Source of the DNA: Eledone cirrhosa
Lineage: Eukaryota
Direction: 5' to 3'
DNA: 64,000 nucleotides
NCBI GenBank assembly: GCA_964016885.1
Contig: OZ024741.1
Coordinates: forward strand, 364,560,001-364,624,000
Each line of letters begins with the position of its first letter. The stretch's first letter is position 1. A model generated the notes under the pieces. That model worked only from the letters and a program-made list of their open reading frames with translations. It was not told where the DNA came from and did no database searches. Position numbers and translations under genes: made by a program. Shown one piece after another: positions 52,025 through 64,000 of the stretch.

Positions 52025-52560
52025 AAGTTTCAGTGGACACAGCATAGCTGAATGTTTAATGAATTCGTTTTGTAATCTTAATCTCCTGAGTTCAACTCCA
52101 CTCTGTGTTATCTTGGGCAAATGTCATTTACTATAGCCTGGGATCACCCAAGCCTTGTAAGTGAAATTAGGTAAACTCCCAGGTTCAGCCCTACTGTGTG
52201 GCATCTTGGGCAAGAGTCATTTACTGTAGCCTCAGAACAACCCAAGCCTTGTAAGAGAAATTGGGTAAACTTCCAGGTTCAGCCCCACTGTGTGGCATCT
52301 TGGGCAAGTGTCATTTACTGTAGCCTCGGATCAACCCAAGCCTTTTAAGTGAAATTGGGTAAACGGAAACTATTTGTAGAAGCTTGTCAAATGGACTGTA
52401 CCTGTAATTCATAAGGCCAGCTTTATTACACACTGAATCTCCATGAGGATTATGTGAAGGGTACACGTGTCTGTGGGATGGTCACTCACTTCATGAGCAG
52501 GCTGTTACACTGAATGAACAACTGGAATACTCATCGTTGAAACTGACATAGGTCCATGGC
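52025..52560 (+). mobile_element. SINE with an internal ~86-bp unit triplicated
   Basis: ccaggttcagcccYactgtgtggcatcttgggcaagtgtcatttactgtagcctc...aaattgggtaaac three times at ~52085-52365. Confidence 0.75.
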
Positions 52561-52742
52561 ATTCCATTCCAGTTTCTTGCATATTATATTATTAAACAAC
52601 CTGCAGTAGTGATGTTAGAAGTAAATATATTCTTTTAAAATTATGTTCGTTACCCACTGAATGATTAATAACAGTAATTACCTATTATTTAATGTCTTAT
52701 AACAGTAATTTCAATAGTCATCTCTAGTATATTAATAGATAT

Positions 52743-53133
52743 AGGCAGATGCATGGCTGTGTGGTGAAGGAGTTTGCTTCGCAACCACATGGATTCAGGT
52801 TCAGTTCACTGCATTGCACCTTGGGCAAATGTCTTCTACTATAGCCTTAGCCTAACCAATTCGTTGTGAATGAAATTTGTAGACAGAAACTGTATGAAGC
52901 CCACCGAATATATAGCTATATGTGTTTGTATGTGTCCATGTCTGTGTTTACATTTACTGTTTGTTTATGTACCATAACTTAGAGGTTCAACAAAAAAGAG
53001 ATCGATAAAATAAGTACCAGACTTGAAAAAATAGGTACTGAGGTTGATATGGTCAACAAAAATATCATTAATGTAGTACCCCAGCATGGCCACAGTCTAA
53101 TGACTGAAACAAATTCAAGAATAAAAGAATAAA
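52743..53133 (+). mobile_element. tRNA-derived SINE family S4
   Basis: A/B-box-like head tggctgtgtgg...ggttcagttc; tail cagcatggccacagtctaatgactgaaac; similar copy at ~47585-47985. Confidence 0.7.
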
Positions 53134-54087
53134 TACCTCTGCTAAATGTATTCTAACACTATCAAGCAATATATATTATTTCAATTGAGTAGCATTATGA
53201 AAAACTTAATAGAAAATATTTCATATAGACTATTAAAATGAAATGTTTGATATCCTGTACCACATGAAGCCACATTAGCAAGATATTCTTGAAAAGTATA
53301 AAACAGCTCTATGACTGTATCATGTAAAAAATGAAAGTCATTACTTTTGTTTACTGCAACTCTTTACAATAGCCTATCCACTATTAAAGATACTAAAACA
53401 CTTTTGAATTAACAAATCTGTTTTTAAATCTTTACAGAATGTTATGAGTTAAGCTATCATTTTTTTCTTTAACAAATGTTCAGTTTATTCAATTCTAATC
53501 AGCATTTTCTATACTTATATTTCCAGCACTGGCAATTGTTACTCATGTATATAGGTTTAGCTGGCTTTCTACAAGATTGCATCCCACAGGTGATTTCTTG
53601 GGTGTTTTAATGATAGGAACCCTAGTTCTATCATAAAAAGATTTCCCTCCCTTTTGGACAGGATGCCAGTCTACTGCAGGGGTTAAACCCCCAGCTGCTG
53701 CTGCTAGTACTAATGTATTTTTTTCAGCTAAGTAGACTGGAAAAATGTAGAATAAAATGTCTTGCTCAAGGACAGAATGTGCTGCTTGATTCAGGAATTG
53801 AATGCTCGACCTTATAATAATGAGTCCAACCAACACCTTAACCACTAGATCACACCCCTTCATTTGATTAAATTATGAACTCATCATCTTTTTCATATAT
53901 CAAGGATGTATTCCTGCAGGAGGTCTGCAGATACACCCAGATGTGGTATTCACCTGATAAGCAAGACTTTGAATAATGTCTGCATGCACACACACACAGA
54001 CACACACATATATATATATATAGAACCAGAATTATACATGTACACATGTATATATATAATACTAACTAAATAATAAACTATTTAGAT

Positions 54088-54393
54088 CAGAGGTTCTGAA
54101 AGTGGGTGCTACCATCCCCCTGGGGGCATTGAGAAGGCCTAAAGGGGCTGGAGGGTGGGGTGGCCGTAGAGATGATATAATAATATATTAAATATCAAAT
54201 GATCCATATATATAAATATAGTAAAATAAAAAATATATAATAGTATATATTATATTTATTATATATAAATTAACGATTTTATTTATTATATATTATTTAC
54301 AATTTGCATGTAGGCAAGTCTCTCTGGAAATAGGGGTGAGGGTAATACATAGTCGTGAGGGAGGCGATGGCCCCAAATGTTTAAGAACCTCTG
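54088..54393. mobile_element. hAT-like MITE
   Basis: TIR cagaggttct / agaacctctg; exact 8-bp TSD atttagat. Confidence 0.85.
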
Positions 54394-54681
54394 ATTTAGA
54401 TCAACAATGCTGATAATGCTTCATTTGTTTCTCATATGAGGATTTATCCACTGAAAATAAATGGTAAAAATATCTACAAATGTCCCCAGCATTTATTTCA
54501 AATTAATTTATTTAGAACATAACTCATCATAACACAGACAATAAAAAAGATTAGCAGGTTCAGTTCAACTGTGTGACACCTTGGGCAAGTATCTTCTATA
54601 GCCTCCAGCTGACCAATGACTCGTGGGTGAAATTTGGTAGACAGAAATTGCAGAAACCCATTGTGTATGTGTATGTATGTA

Positions 54682-54713
<32 letters not shown>

Positions 54714-54719
54714 ATTTTG

Positions 54720-54997
54720 TGGAAGCACGTGACCTAGTGGTAAGGGTGTTGGACTTACGATCATAATGTTGTGGGTTCAATTCCTGGGTTGTGTCTTGTG
54801 TTCTTGAGCAAAACAATTCATTTCACGTTGCTCCAGTATACTCAGCTGAAAATGAGTACCAGCAATAGCTGGGGATTTAACCCTGTGATAGACTGGTGTC
54901 CTGTCCAGGGTGGAGTCTTGTACTCTTGGTCGCTTCACATCATGAGACTGGGATAAGCACTGGCCAAATGGGCCTTTTGGCTTAAGACAGACTTTAG
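54720..54997 (+). mobile_element. tRNA-derived SINE family S1
   Basis: Head tgacctagtggtaag...ggttcaattcc; core cttgagcaa..ttcacgttgctccagt..actcagctg; copies sharing the head and core at ~56450-56720(+), 53590-53865(-), 57518-57963(-), 63446-63764(-), 21163-21431(-). Confidence 0.75.
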
Positions 54998-55606
54998 ATA
55001 TATATAATTTTACATCCATTGTTTTCTTACTGATATGGGTTGGATCATTGCCTGAGACTAGACAGATCAAAGAACCACATTTGTCTGATGTGCACTGTTT
55101 TGAGGCATGGTTTCTAAAGCCAATCACATTTACAGAGAGTACCAGATGCATTTTATCATGCTCCTACTTTACATTGTACTGAATGTATTTCCCTCTGTAA
55201 TATTACTAAGATTCCTCATGTAATCATGTATGTACCTATATATGTTAAACTGTGTGTATGTGTGTTACTGAGCCACATAATACTGTTCCCTAGCTCTAGG
55301 CTTTGTATTTTGAATCAAATAAAAGAGGAGTTCCTCTTGTGATGGGGCACCATTTCATTTTAGATAACATTTTCAGAAGATCTGGTGTTAAGATCTAACA
55401 GGCAGTTAACATGAGGCATATTGAAATAAGTTAGGATTCTAGTAACTCCCTGCTATTCTAAATTTGTTATCTATGATATGCTAGAAATAACACCCAAATC
55501 TCCATCAAATATCACACTCTACTGTTTTAATTCTTTTCATACCAACCAGACCAAAACCACTTCTGGCTCTATGAAAAAATCTCCACCAATTTTAAAGAGT
55601 TCTTAT

Positions 55607-55834
55607 TTAACCCTTTAACATTTACATTACTCTATATTTACTATTATATTTTCATGGTAAAGCTTTATCTTACATAATTATCTCACATAATATCGAATCT
55701 ATGAGATATTGATATTATTTACTCTGACAAAAATAACTTAACATCAGTATGAGCGGCAGGTTACAGCTGGTTTGAACAGAATGAGGTCAGAGAATTCTGG
55801 TTGGATATGGCCGGTTTAAATGCTAAAGGGTTAA
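55607..55834. mobile_element. piggyBac-like MITE P1 nested in another MITE
   Basis: TTAA on both sides; host sequence appears uninterrupted at ~56075-56220. Confidence 0.8.
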
Positions 55835-57960
55835 ATTAAAATCAAATATAATTTGATATAAGAATCTTTTGTTAAGATATGTTACAAACACTATTTAATA
55901 AGAATGATTGACATGACCTCAGACCTTCCATTACTGATACTATCTAGTGTTTGCAACACTTGGCAGAAAGAGCAATGTAGAATAAAGTGTCAAGCTCAAG
56001 GACATAATACATAGCCTGATGCTGGAATTGAACACACAACTTCATGATTGTCAATTCAACACTAAGTCACACTTTTCATACCAACCCAGCCAAAACCACT
56101 TCTGGTTCTATGAAAATAAACCCACCAATTTTAAAGGGTTCCTATTAAAAATAAAATATTTCAATATAATTTGATATAAGAATCTTTTGTTAAGATATGT
56201 TACAAACACCATCTTGATAATGAAATAGTAATTTTAGTGAATCCTTCGAAATTCTCCATTTATTAATTAAAATGTATTGTATTTCATTAGAAATACAGTC
56301 ATGAAAAGGATTAATAAAGAAAAGAAACATTAAATGATGTAGTTCTACCATACCCCTAAAAAGATGAAATGGTCACAACTGGAATGCATTGGAGTTGATT
56401 TTGGATTAAACAACTATATTACTATTTTGCTTCTGTGTAAATGTAAATGTGGAGGCGCGTGGCCTAGTGGTAAGGGTGTTCAACTTACAATCATAATTCA
56501 TAGCCTGAGTTGCATGGTATGTTCTTGAGCAAAACACTTCATTTCACGTTGCTCCAGTATACTCAGCTGAAAATGAGTACCAGTAATAGCTGGGGGTGTA
56601 ACCCTGCAATGGACTGGCGTCCTGTTCAGGAGGAAGTCTTGTACTCTCACTTGCTTCATGCCATGAAACCCAGATAATCACTGGTCTAACAAGCCTTAGA
56701 TGGTTTAAGTAAGACTTTAGACTAGTCTAGTAAAGGTAAACGATTGTCATCGTCAACATCTTCCATGCTGGCATGGATTGGACAGCCAGTATGATCTGAG
56801 TTAGATATTATTTAGAGCTATTGTTCTTATAGATGGACCATATCTCACTCATATGCTACAACTTTCTTCAATTTGATATATATATATATATATCATTAAA
56901 ATAAAGTAACAGTGATGCACTGGGGTCAATTTAGTCGACTTTCCCCTTCCCTTCAAATTGCTGGCCTTGTGCCAAATATAGAAACAATTACCATCAACAT
57001 TACCATTTAACATCTATTTTCCATGCTTGCATGGGTTAGACAAATTGTCATACATGTCTTGCTCATATGTTCTGTTTTTGTTTTGGTTTCTATGGCTTCA
57101 TGCTCTACCTAATGCCAATCACTTTACTGTACAGCATGGACTAGGAGCATTTTATCCACGACTTCAGCACTATCAAGGGTGGCTGGGGTGCTTTTCATCA
57201 TAGTACAAGCACTACTACCTATATATTTATATGTATGTGCACACACATTCACACACACACACATACATACATGTTGCCTAGAAGGCGGTATAGCTGCATT
57301 TCCATGACTATATCTGAAACCAACAAAAAAATAAAAACGTGGGGCTGGGTCTTTTCTGAAGACTTGCTGTCCAGCTCTCCTGAGAGTTTTTTACCATTAT
57401 GATAGGCATGGTTTCATATTCAGTTCTACTGCATTGTACCTTAGGCAAGTTTCTTCTACTAAGGCCTTGGGTTGTTGAATCCCTTGTGATTGAATTTAGT
57501 AGACAGAAAGATACCCATCATCATCATCATCATCACCATTTTATGTCCGTTCTTCCACGCTAGTATGGGTTATACGGGTTGTCCTGTTGTGGGCAGTGTC
57601 TGGTCGGCTGACCTTGTCTTGCTCATACGGGAACTGATTCTGGCTTGATTTCTACAGCTGGATGCCCTTCCTAACACCAACCTCATTTACAGTGAGTGGT
57701 GGGTGCTTTTTTTCCATGGCGCCTACACATCAACTTTACAGTGTGGGCTGGGTGTTTTATTGCTGTGGCTCCTCCACGACCACCTTGCAGTGGAATGATA
57801 AGGACTCCAGTCCTCTCATCTCATTTCTCCAGCTGAGTAAATTGGAGCAATGTGAAATAAAGTTTCTTGCTCAAGGAAACAACACATCACCCAGTCCGAG
57901 AATTGAACTCACAACCTTTCAATTGCAAGCCCAATGCTCTAACCACTAAACCATGCGCCT

Positions 57961-58013
<53 letters not shown>

Positions 58014-58039
58014 GTGTGTGTGCGACTGTGTTTATATTC

Positions 58040-59830
58040 TTCACAAAAAAATCCAGCCCGAGAGAAAAGGCAGTGGAGATCATCCACCTATGAAGGATTC
58101 CATTGAAAGCCGCAAGAAAATTGGAGTCTTGATGTGCTGGATCCTGAATGCTAAAAGGAAAATAAGGATCAGAGCTTGAAATGTGCAGACATTGCACTAG
58201 AGCAGGAAGATGGTGCAACTGCTGAGAGAATTTGACTGTAACCATTGGATGTTCTTGGCCTCAGTTAAATGAGATGGACAGGTAGTGGGAAAATATACAA
58301 GGAGGGCAGAGCTGTGATCTATTCTTGTCATGAAGATCAGCACACCTGAGGAGCTGACATGGAAGAGGCTTCCAGGACATTCATGGGCTGGAAGCCAGCC
58401 AATGAATGCATCATCAGAGCACATTTTCTGTCAAGGTATGCCAAGACCCCAGTCGTCCAAGTCAATGCATTAACTGAAGATGCAGATTGCCTTTTGTGAA
58501 CAGCTGTAGGATATAGTCAGTGAAATTCCCAGTCATGATGTCATTCTACTTAATACACAGATCAATATATAGCAAAAAGGAGTCAAATATGTTATCAGAC
58601 TACTTAGCTTGAGTAAGGAGACCAGTGGAAATGGTGAGCAGCTAATACTGTTTCTGTAACATGGATGGTTGTACACAAAATGATCCATGATAAAACATAG
58701 TGATCACCTGATGGGAACACTAACAACAAACTTGACTAAATCTGTATCAATGCTCCTTGGAAGACTGCCTTACAGGATGTCTGCCAAGATGCCAATGTTA
58801 GAACAGTTCACCATCTAGTGAAAGCAACATTGACACTTCAACTGAAGAGGCAGCACAATAGTAGAATAGTACCAGATGCAGGTGATGAGCAGATTTCAGC
58901 AACTTCAGAACCTCAACAGTGTTGAAGAGCAGTGGGTTATGTTCAGAACAACAATAACTGAAAGGCCAAACCAGAAGGGAACAGTTAGTTGAGGAAAGAT
59001 CATGGACCCTAATTGATCAATATAAAACTACAAAAGAACAGAAGGGAACAGGCCAAAACAGCAAAACAGAATATCAGGCATTAGATAGACTGGTAAAGTG
59101 GAGTTGCTAAACTGACAAAAAAGGAATGGCTAGAAAGTGAGAGGCAGGATGTAGAAAATCCAGGTAGCAGAAATGATGCAAATATGCTGTATTACATTGC
59201 CAGTGAGCTCACTTGTTCATACAGTGACAGCAGCATACTAATCAAAGAAAACTGGAAAAATCCTGTTATCAAGAGAACAAAATAGCAGATAGCCAGAAAA
59301 CTTTTATTTAACCTTGAACAAGCCAGACCCAGTGACATTCAAAATCAATAACTGGATCCCTCCAATTTTAGACCCCCTTTGGTCATGAGTGACCATGTGA
59401 TCTGTACATAGAAAGTTCCCCACCAAAGCACATGACCAGGCAAAGTGTTTTTGTAGAAGACATACCAGCCTAACTTTTCCATATCACTGATGTTTTCCAA
59501 GGAGAAGGCAAAGGCTGATACAGTGACTTCACAACTTATTTCTATAGCTGAGTGAACTGGGGCAGTGTGTATTTCTCAAGGACTCAACACACTGCCCAGT
59601 CCGGGAAACAAACTCATAACCATACATATGTAAGCCCAATGCTCTAACCAATAAGTCATGCGCCTTCATGTAAGAACTGATGATATCACTGAAGAGGAAA
59701 TACAGCAAGCACTGAAGAAATTAAAGAATATCAAACTTTTGGATGTGACTAAATTTCAGGTGAGTTCTTGAATTGTGGTGGAGCAAAATTGCTGAGAAAC
59801 CTACTCAGTAAATGCTGGAGGAGAGGGATC
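58040..59830 (+). mobile_element. Heavily decayed RTE-like LINE (endonuclease to RT linker region) with an inserted SINE at ~59375-59670
   Basis: Purine-rich, coding-like sequence with remnants such as WYTK/TW*SPDG..NKLD*ICIN..DV; many stops and frameshifts. Confidence 0.5.
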
Positions 59831-60088
59831 ATTGTGGAGCATGAAATTTATTAGTTGGACAAGCTTGTTGTTATCCAATTATGTTGATTGTCACCAAGCT
59901 GAGTGACACACAGTCAATACTGTCACCATCTCAGTTGTCAGTTATACTGACTGATACCAAGCGGGTTACCAACCAAATATTCTTTCATCAAGATGAATCT
60001 GTATGTCACGTTGTTTGTGGCATAGTTGTCATTAAACTGCACAAGCATATATGTATATATGTATATATATATATAGAGAGAGAGAAAT

Positions 60089-60143
60089 GGCTTCTACAGG
60101 ACTAGAAGAACTGTTTCATTCGAAGGAAATCATCAGGAAAGCC
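60089..60143 (-). ncRNA. Type I hammerhead motif
   Basis: ggctttc-CTGATGA-tttccttcgaat-GAAAC-ag(ttcttctagtc)ct-GTA-gaagcc. Confidence 0.6.
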
Positions 60144-60146
60144 CTG

Positions 60147-60192
<46 letters not shown>

Positions 60193-60837
60193 CAAATTCA
60201 GTAGATGGAAACTGTGTTGAAGCTTGTCAGAAGGATTGAACCTCCAGCCTTGTCAAGTGATGTCATGATGATTCAGCTTGAGAATTATATTAAATAGTCA
60301 CATGTGGGTAGAATACTCAGCCACATACATATTGATTTATTGAGTTGAGCACCCATTAAAAAAACATTTTTTTTTGAGAGATCAAAGCTCCGATATAATG
60401 GGCATGTGGCTAGATTGTCTCAGGAAAGAATTACTGGACAGCTTTTATGGGCAAAACCAACCGGTAGGAGATCCAGGGGGTAAACCCTGAGCAAGATGGT
60501 TGGATGACATCAATGAGCTTGGCTGAGTTCGCTTGGCAATCCAGCCAGATCAGTTGGAGACAGTTGCTTCTGACAGGACCTGTTGGAAGGAGTGTTTGAG
60601 GACTCTGCCCCCACTACTCTCTTAGGAATAAGTGGGTGAAGAAGGAGAAGAAGAAGAGTAGCCAGTTGATTGAACAACTGAATGCTCATCACCGAAATTG
60701 ATAGAGGAAACATTAATACTGACCCCTAAAAGTGAATGACTGGAGAACTGAAAACTATCCGTTTACCATATTTCTAATAACTATGGTTTACACTAATTTT
60801 GAAAACAATCAAGAATTTAGAGAGATTTAGAATTATA

Positions 60838-60839
<2 letters not shown>

Positions 60840-60868
<29 letters not shown>

Positions 60869-61770
60869 CTTCTTCTTCTTCTTCTTCTTCTTCTTCTTCT
60901 TCTTCTTCTTCTTCTTCTTCTCCTTCTTCTTCCTGGGTGGATCATGGTGGCAGGGTCCTCAAACACGCCTTCCAGTGGGTCCTGTCAGAAACAACCCTCT
61001 CCAATTGAATCCAGGTGGATCCCCAAGTGAGACTGTCTGAGCTCATGGATCTGATCCAACCATCTTGTTCTTGGTCTACCCCTGGGTCTCCTGCTGCTTT
61101 GATTTTCCAGTAAAATATGTCCAGTGAATTTTTCCCGAGACATTCTAAACACATGCCCATAGTATTGGAACTGTGATTTCTCAATTCAGAAAAGTTTACC
61201 TGGAGTGACTCTCTGATCTCCAAGTACTCTATTGAGTAACATTACTCTGAAGACCCTTCAGAGGAACCCCATTTCAGCTTCTTGTATTTGCTATCATATT
61301 ATTTCGGTCATTACCCAAGATTCATGACCATATGTAAGGGCTGGCATGAATACCAAATTGAGATAGTGAATTTGGCTTCTATGCCTACCTCCCTTCTTCT
61401 GATGACTGAATGCTGAAGCTGGCACATTACTGCTCCAGCTCCTGCAATTCTTGCACTTAATTCAGCCTCCTTACTTCCATCATTTGTGAACATGACCTTG
61501 AGATACTAGAATTTCTTCACATGCTTCAGTGGAACTCTACTCATATACTGAGTGCACTGTGCAGGATTTCTTGAGAGGACGAGTGTCTCAGTCTTCACAG
61601 CACTGATTTTCATTCCAGCTGTGCAGCACTCAGCATCAAACCTATCACCTGCACATTGAAGATCACCTTCTGATGAGTAAAGTAATATCATGTCGTCTAC
61701 AAATTCCACATATCAATCCTTTTCATGAAGATTATGAATAGGAGAGGTGACATTACACAACCTTGGCGTA
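60840..61770 (-). mobile_element. RTE-clade LINE 3' portion (RT domains) with (GAA)n tail
   Basis: FVDDMILL..DLQ..DRF..C..AGMKIS..KTETLV; KKF*YL..FTNDG..ELSARI; tail (TTC)n at 60840-60930. Confidence 0.8.
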
Positions 61771-63124
61771 ATATAACTATCTTTCTTATTAAGTTGGTGT
61801 TTAGAACATAACAAAGGTTCTTATATTAAATTATGATGGAGAGTTTTCAGATAAATATAAACAGTTTAAAAAATACTGCTTTGTATCTTAGAACTAGAGA
61901 TGGTTCGGGATCAAAAGTGTTAATAATTATGTGAGGGAAAAAGTCAAGGAGTTAGTCTGATTAGGTATATTTGTGTTTCATTACTATATTTCTAATGAAA
62001 GACACTGCCTATGTTTTTCCAATAATTTTTAAAATGATCAAGAATTCATAGGCATTTGATAATATAAGTAGCATTTCCATTATCAAAATGGTGTAAGGAT
62101 GGTGCCTGAATCATTAGAATGTTGGACTACATATTTGCCAAGATCAACTATGCCTTCCATCCTTCCTGGGTGGATAAAATCAGTTGAAAACTATAATCGA
62201 TAAAATTGACTTTCCCCTTCCCCCAAATTTCTGGCCTAAATTAGAAACCATTATTAATCTGCTGTGTGAAACATAACTTAAAATTTTATCACCTGAAATT
62301 ATGACAAAAGGTTTAAATTTAAATATCAGCATCTTAAACAAGCAGTTTTTGCATCATAGAACCAGGGGCAGTTTGAGGCTGGTTAGTATCAAAAGGGTTT
62401 AGCTGACACTTACTTTATTTTGGCAGTATCAGTAGGGCTTTGGACAACATGCTTTGCAACATAGAGTTATGATTTTTTCCTCAAAGGTTAGCTTTGCCTT
62501 TCATCCTTATGGGCTTGATAAAATTAAGTACCAGTAATGCACTGGAGTCAATTTAATCAACTTTCACCACTCCCCCTTCATATTGCTGACCTTGTGCCAA
62601 AAATAGAAACAATTATTTCATGTCTATATATCACATCTTTCCATTACCAATCAAATTATCCAAACAAAGATTCAAATTAATGTTAGTGCATTCTCAGAGA
62701 GCATTTCTTACTGGAGTCTCAAAGAGAATATTTGTGCAGTGCTGTATATGATTTAAATATCTTTTGTTTGGAAATACATTGTTGTCATTGGTTTACAGGG
62801 TATACTGAGTACATTTTATCATGGCACCAGCACTAGAGAGGCTATTACATGTCAGGTCAGATTATAATGTCTCTGGTCTGATTATTATGGATGCAGGCAT
62901 GATTGGCTAAGAAGTTCACTTTTAAATCATGAGGTCTGAGACTCTATCCCACCATGTGGTATCTTGGGCATGTGTCATTTATTATAACTTAAGGTTGACC
63001 CAGCCTTGTGAATGAAATTGGCTAATGGGAAACTGTTTTGAAGCCCCTTGGATGGATTGTATTTGTAATTCAAAGGTCCAACTTTGTCAATCACTGTGTC
63101 ATGCTGAATTCCTTGAAAGTTACA

Positions 63125-63342
63125 TTAACCCTTTAGTATATAAACTGACCATACCCGGCCAGAATTCTCTTACCTCTTTCTTTTCAAACTGGCCGTAACT
63201 GGCCGCTCATACGGATATTAAGGTATTGTTCTCAAAATAAATAATATCAAAATCTCATATATTCGATATTATGCGAGGTAAAGCCTTTACCATAAAAATA
63301 GAGTAGTAAATAAATAGTACAATGTAAATGCTAATGAGTTAA
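63125..63342. mobile_element. piggyBac-like MITE P1 inserted at a TTAA inside a SINE
   Basis: TTAA duplication splits the SINE motif ttacattaag...catgtctgtgg. Confidence 0.8.
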
Positions 63343-64000
63343 GTTTATTCATGTCTGTGGAATGTTCAGCCACTTGCACGTTAATTTCCATTGATCAAAA
63401 AATTGTAACACTCATCATCAAAACGTTAAAGGCCCCAATCGGTCACTAATGACCATGGTTTTACACCTAGAAAGTTTCCCTCCAAGACACAAGCCTGGGC
63501 AAGGTTTGTTTTGTGGAAGACCAGCAATCACCCATGCATACCAGCCTCCCTTCTCCACGCCACAAATGTTGTCCAAGGGAAAGTCTATGGCTGATACAGC
63601 TTGGCATCAGTGACGTCACAACTCATTTCTACAGCTAAGTAAACTGGAGCAACGTGAAATAAAGAGTCTTGCTCAAGCACACAATGTATCACCCGGTCTG
63701 AGAATCGAACTCACAACCTCTCAATTGCAAGCCCAATGCTCTAACCACTAAGCCATGCACATTCAAAACTACATTCCATTGTTTGGTAATCAAGGATCTT
63801 CTGATTGGTTGTTGATATAGTTACTGGTGAAATAGCTTCAGATTAAGAACACTTGGAGATGTCATTAGATTTATTTAGGGGCCGAACAAAAAGTTCAAAA
63901 TGAAACCATGTAATCAGTTAACAACTCTGCAATATATTTCCGAGAACTGTCTTAAACTAATAAAATGTTTCACTGTATGTATGTATGTATATATGTATGC

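Overview
AT-rich, (TA)n-microsatellite-dense animal DNA. The SINE, LINE and MITE families resemble those of coleoid cephalopods (Octopus-like); this is an inference from repeat motifs. The one host gene is the 3' half of a + strand SAD/BRSK (brain-specific Ser/Thr kinase) gene. It has four constitutive exons encoding the pre-KA1 region and KA1 domain (3444-9999) and a terminal exon ending in a PDZ-ligand-like ...TTEKV* (35656-35757). Between them lies a ~25 kb region of candidate alternative exons: two paralogous 60-nt exons (13870-13929 and 23729-23788), a 23-nt stop-containing microexon, a 6-nt microexon and a 3/7-nt microexon. The introns and downstream DNA hold many type I hammerhead-ribozyme motifs of the Penelope-like-element kind: about 8 with an intact core, a repeated U4A core variant, several with greatly enlarged stem II, and some inside perfect fold-back palindromes. 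Also present are a decayed Penelope RT/GIY-YIG, RLE-type and RTE-type LINE fragments, piggyBac-, hAT- and Tc1-type MITEs, a Helentron/DINE-like element and many tRNA-derived SINEs. Everything was read by eye; splicing and ribozyme activity are predictions.
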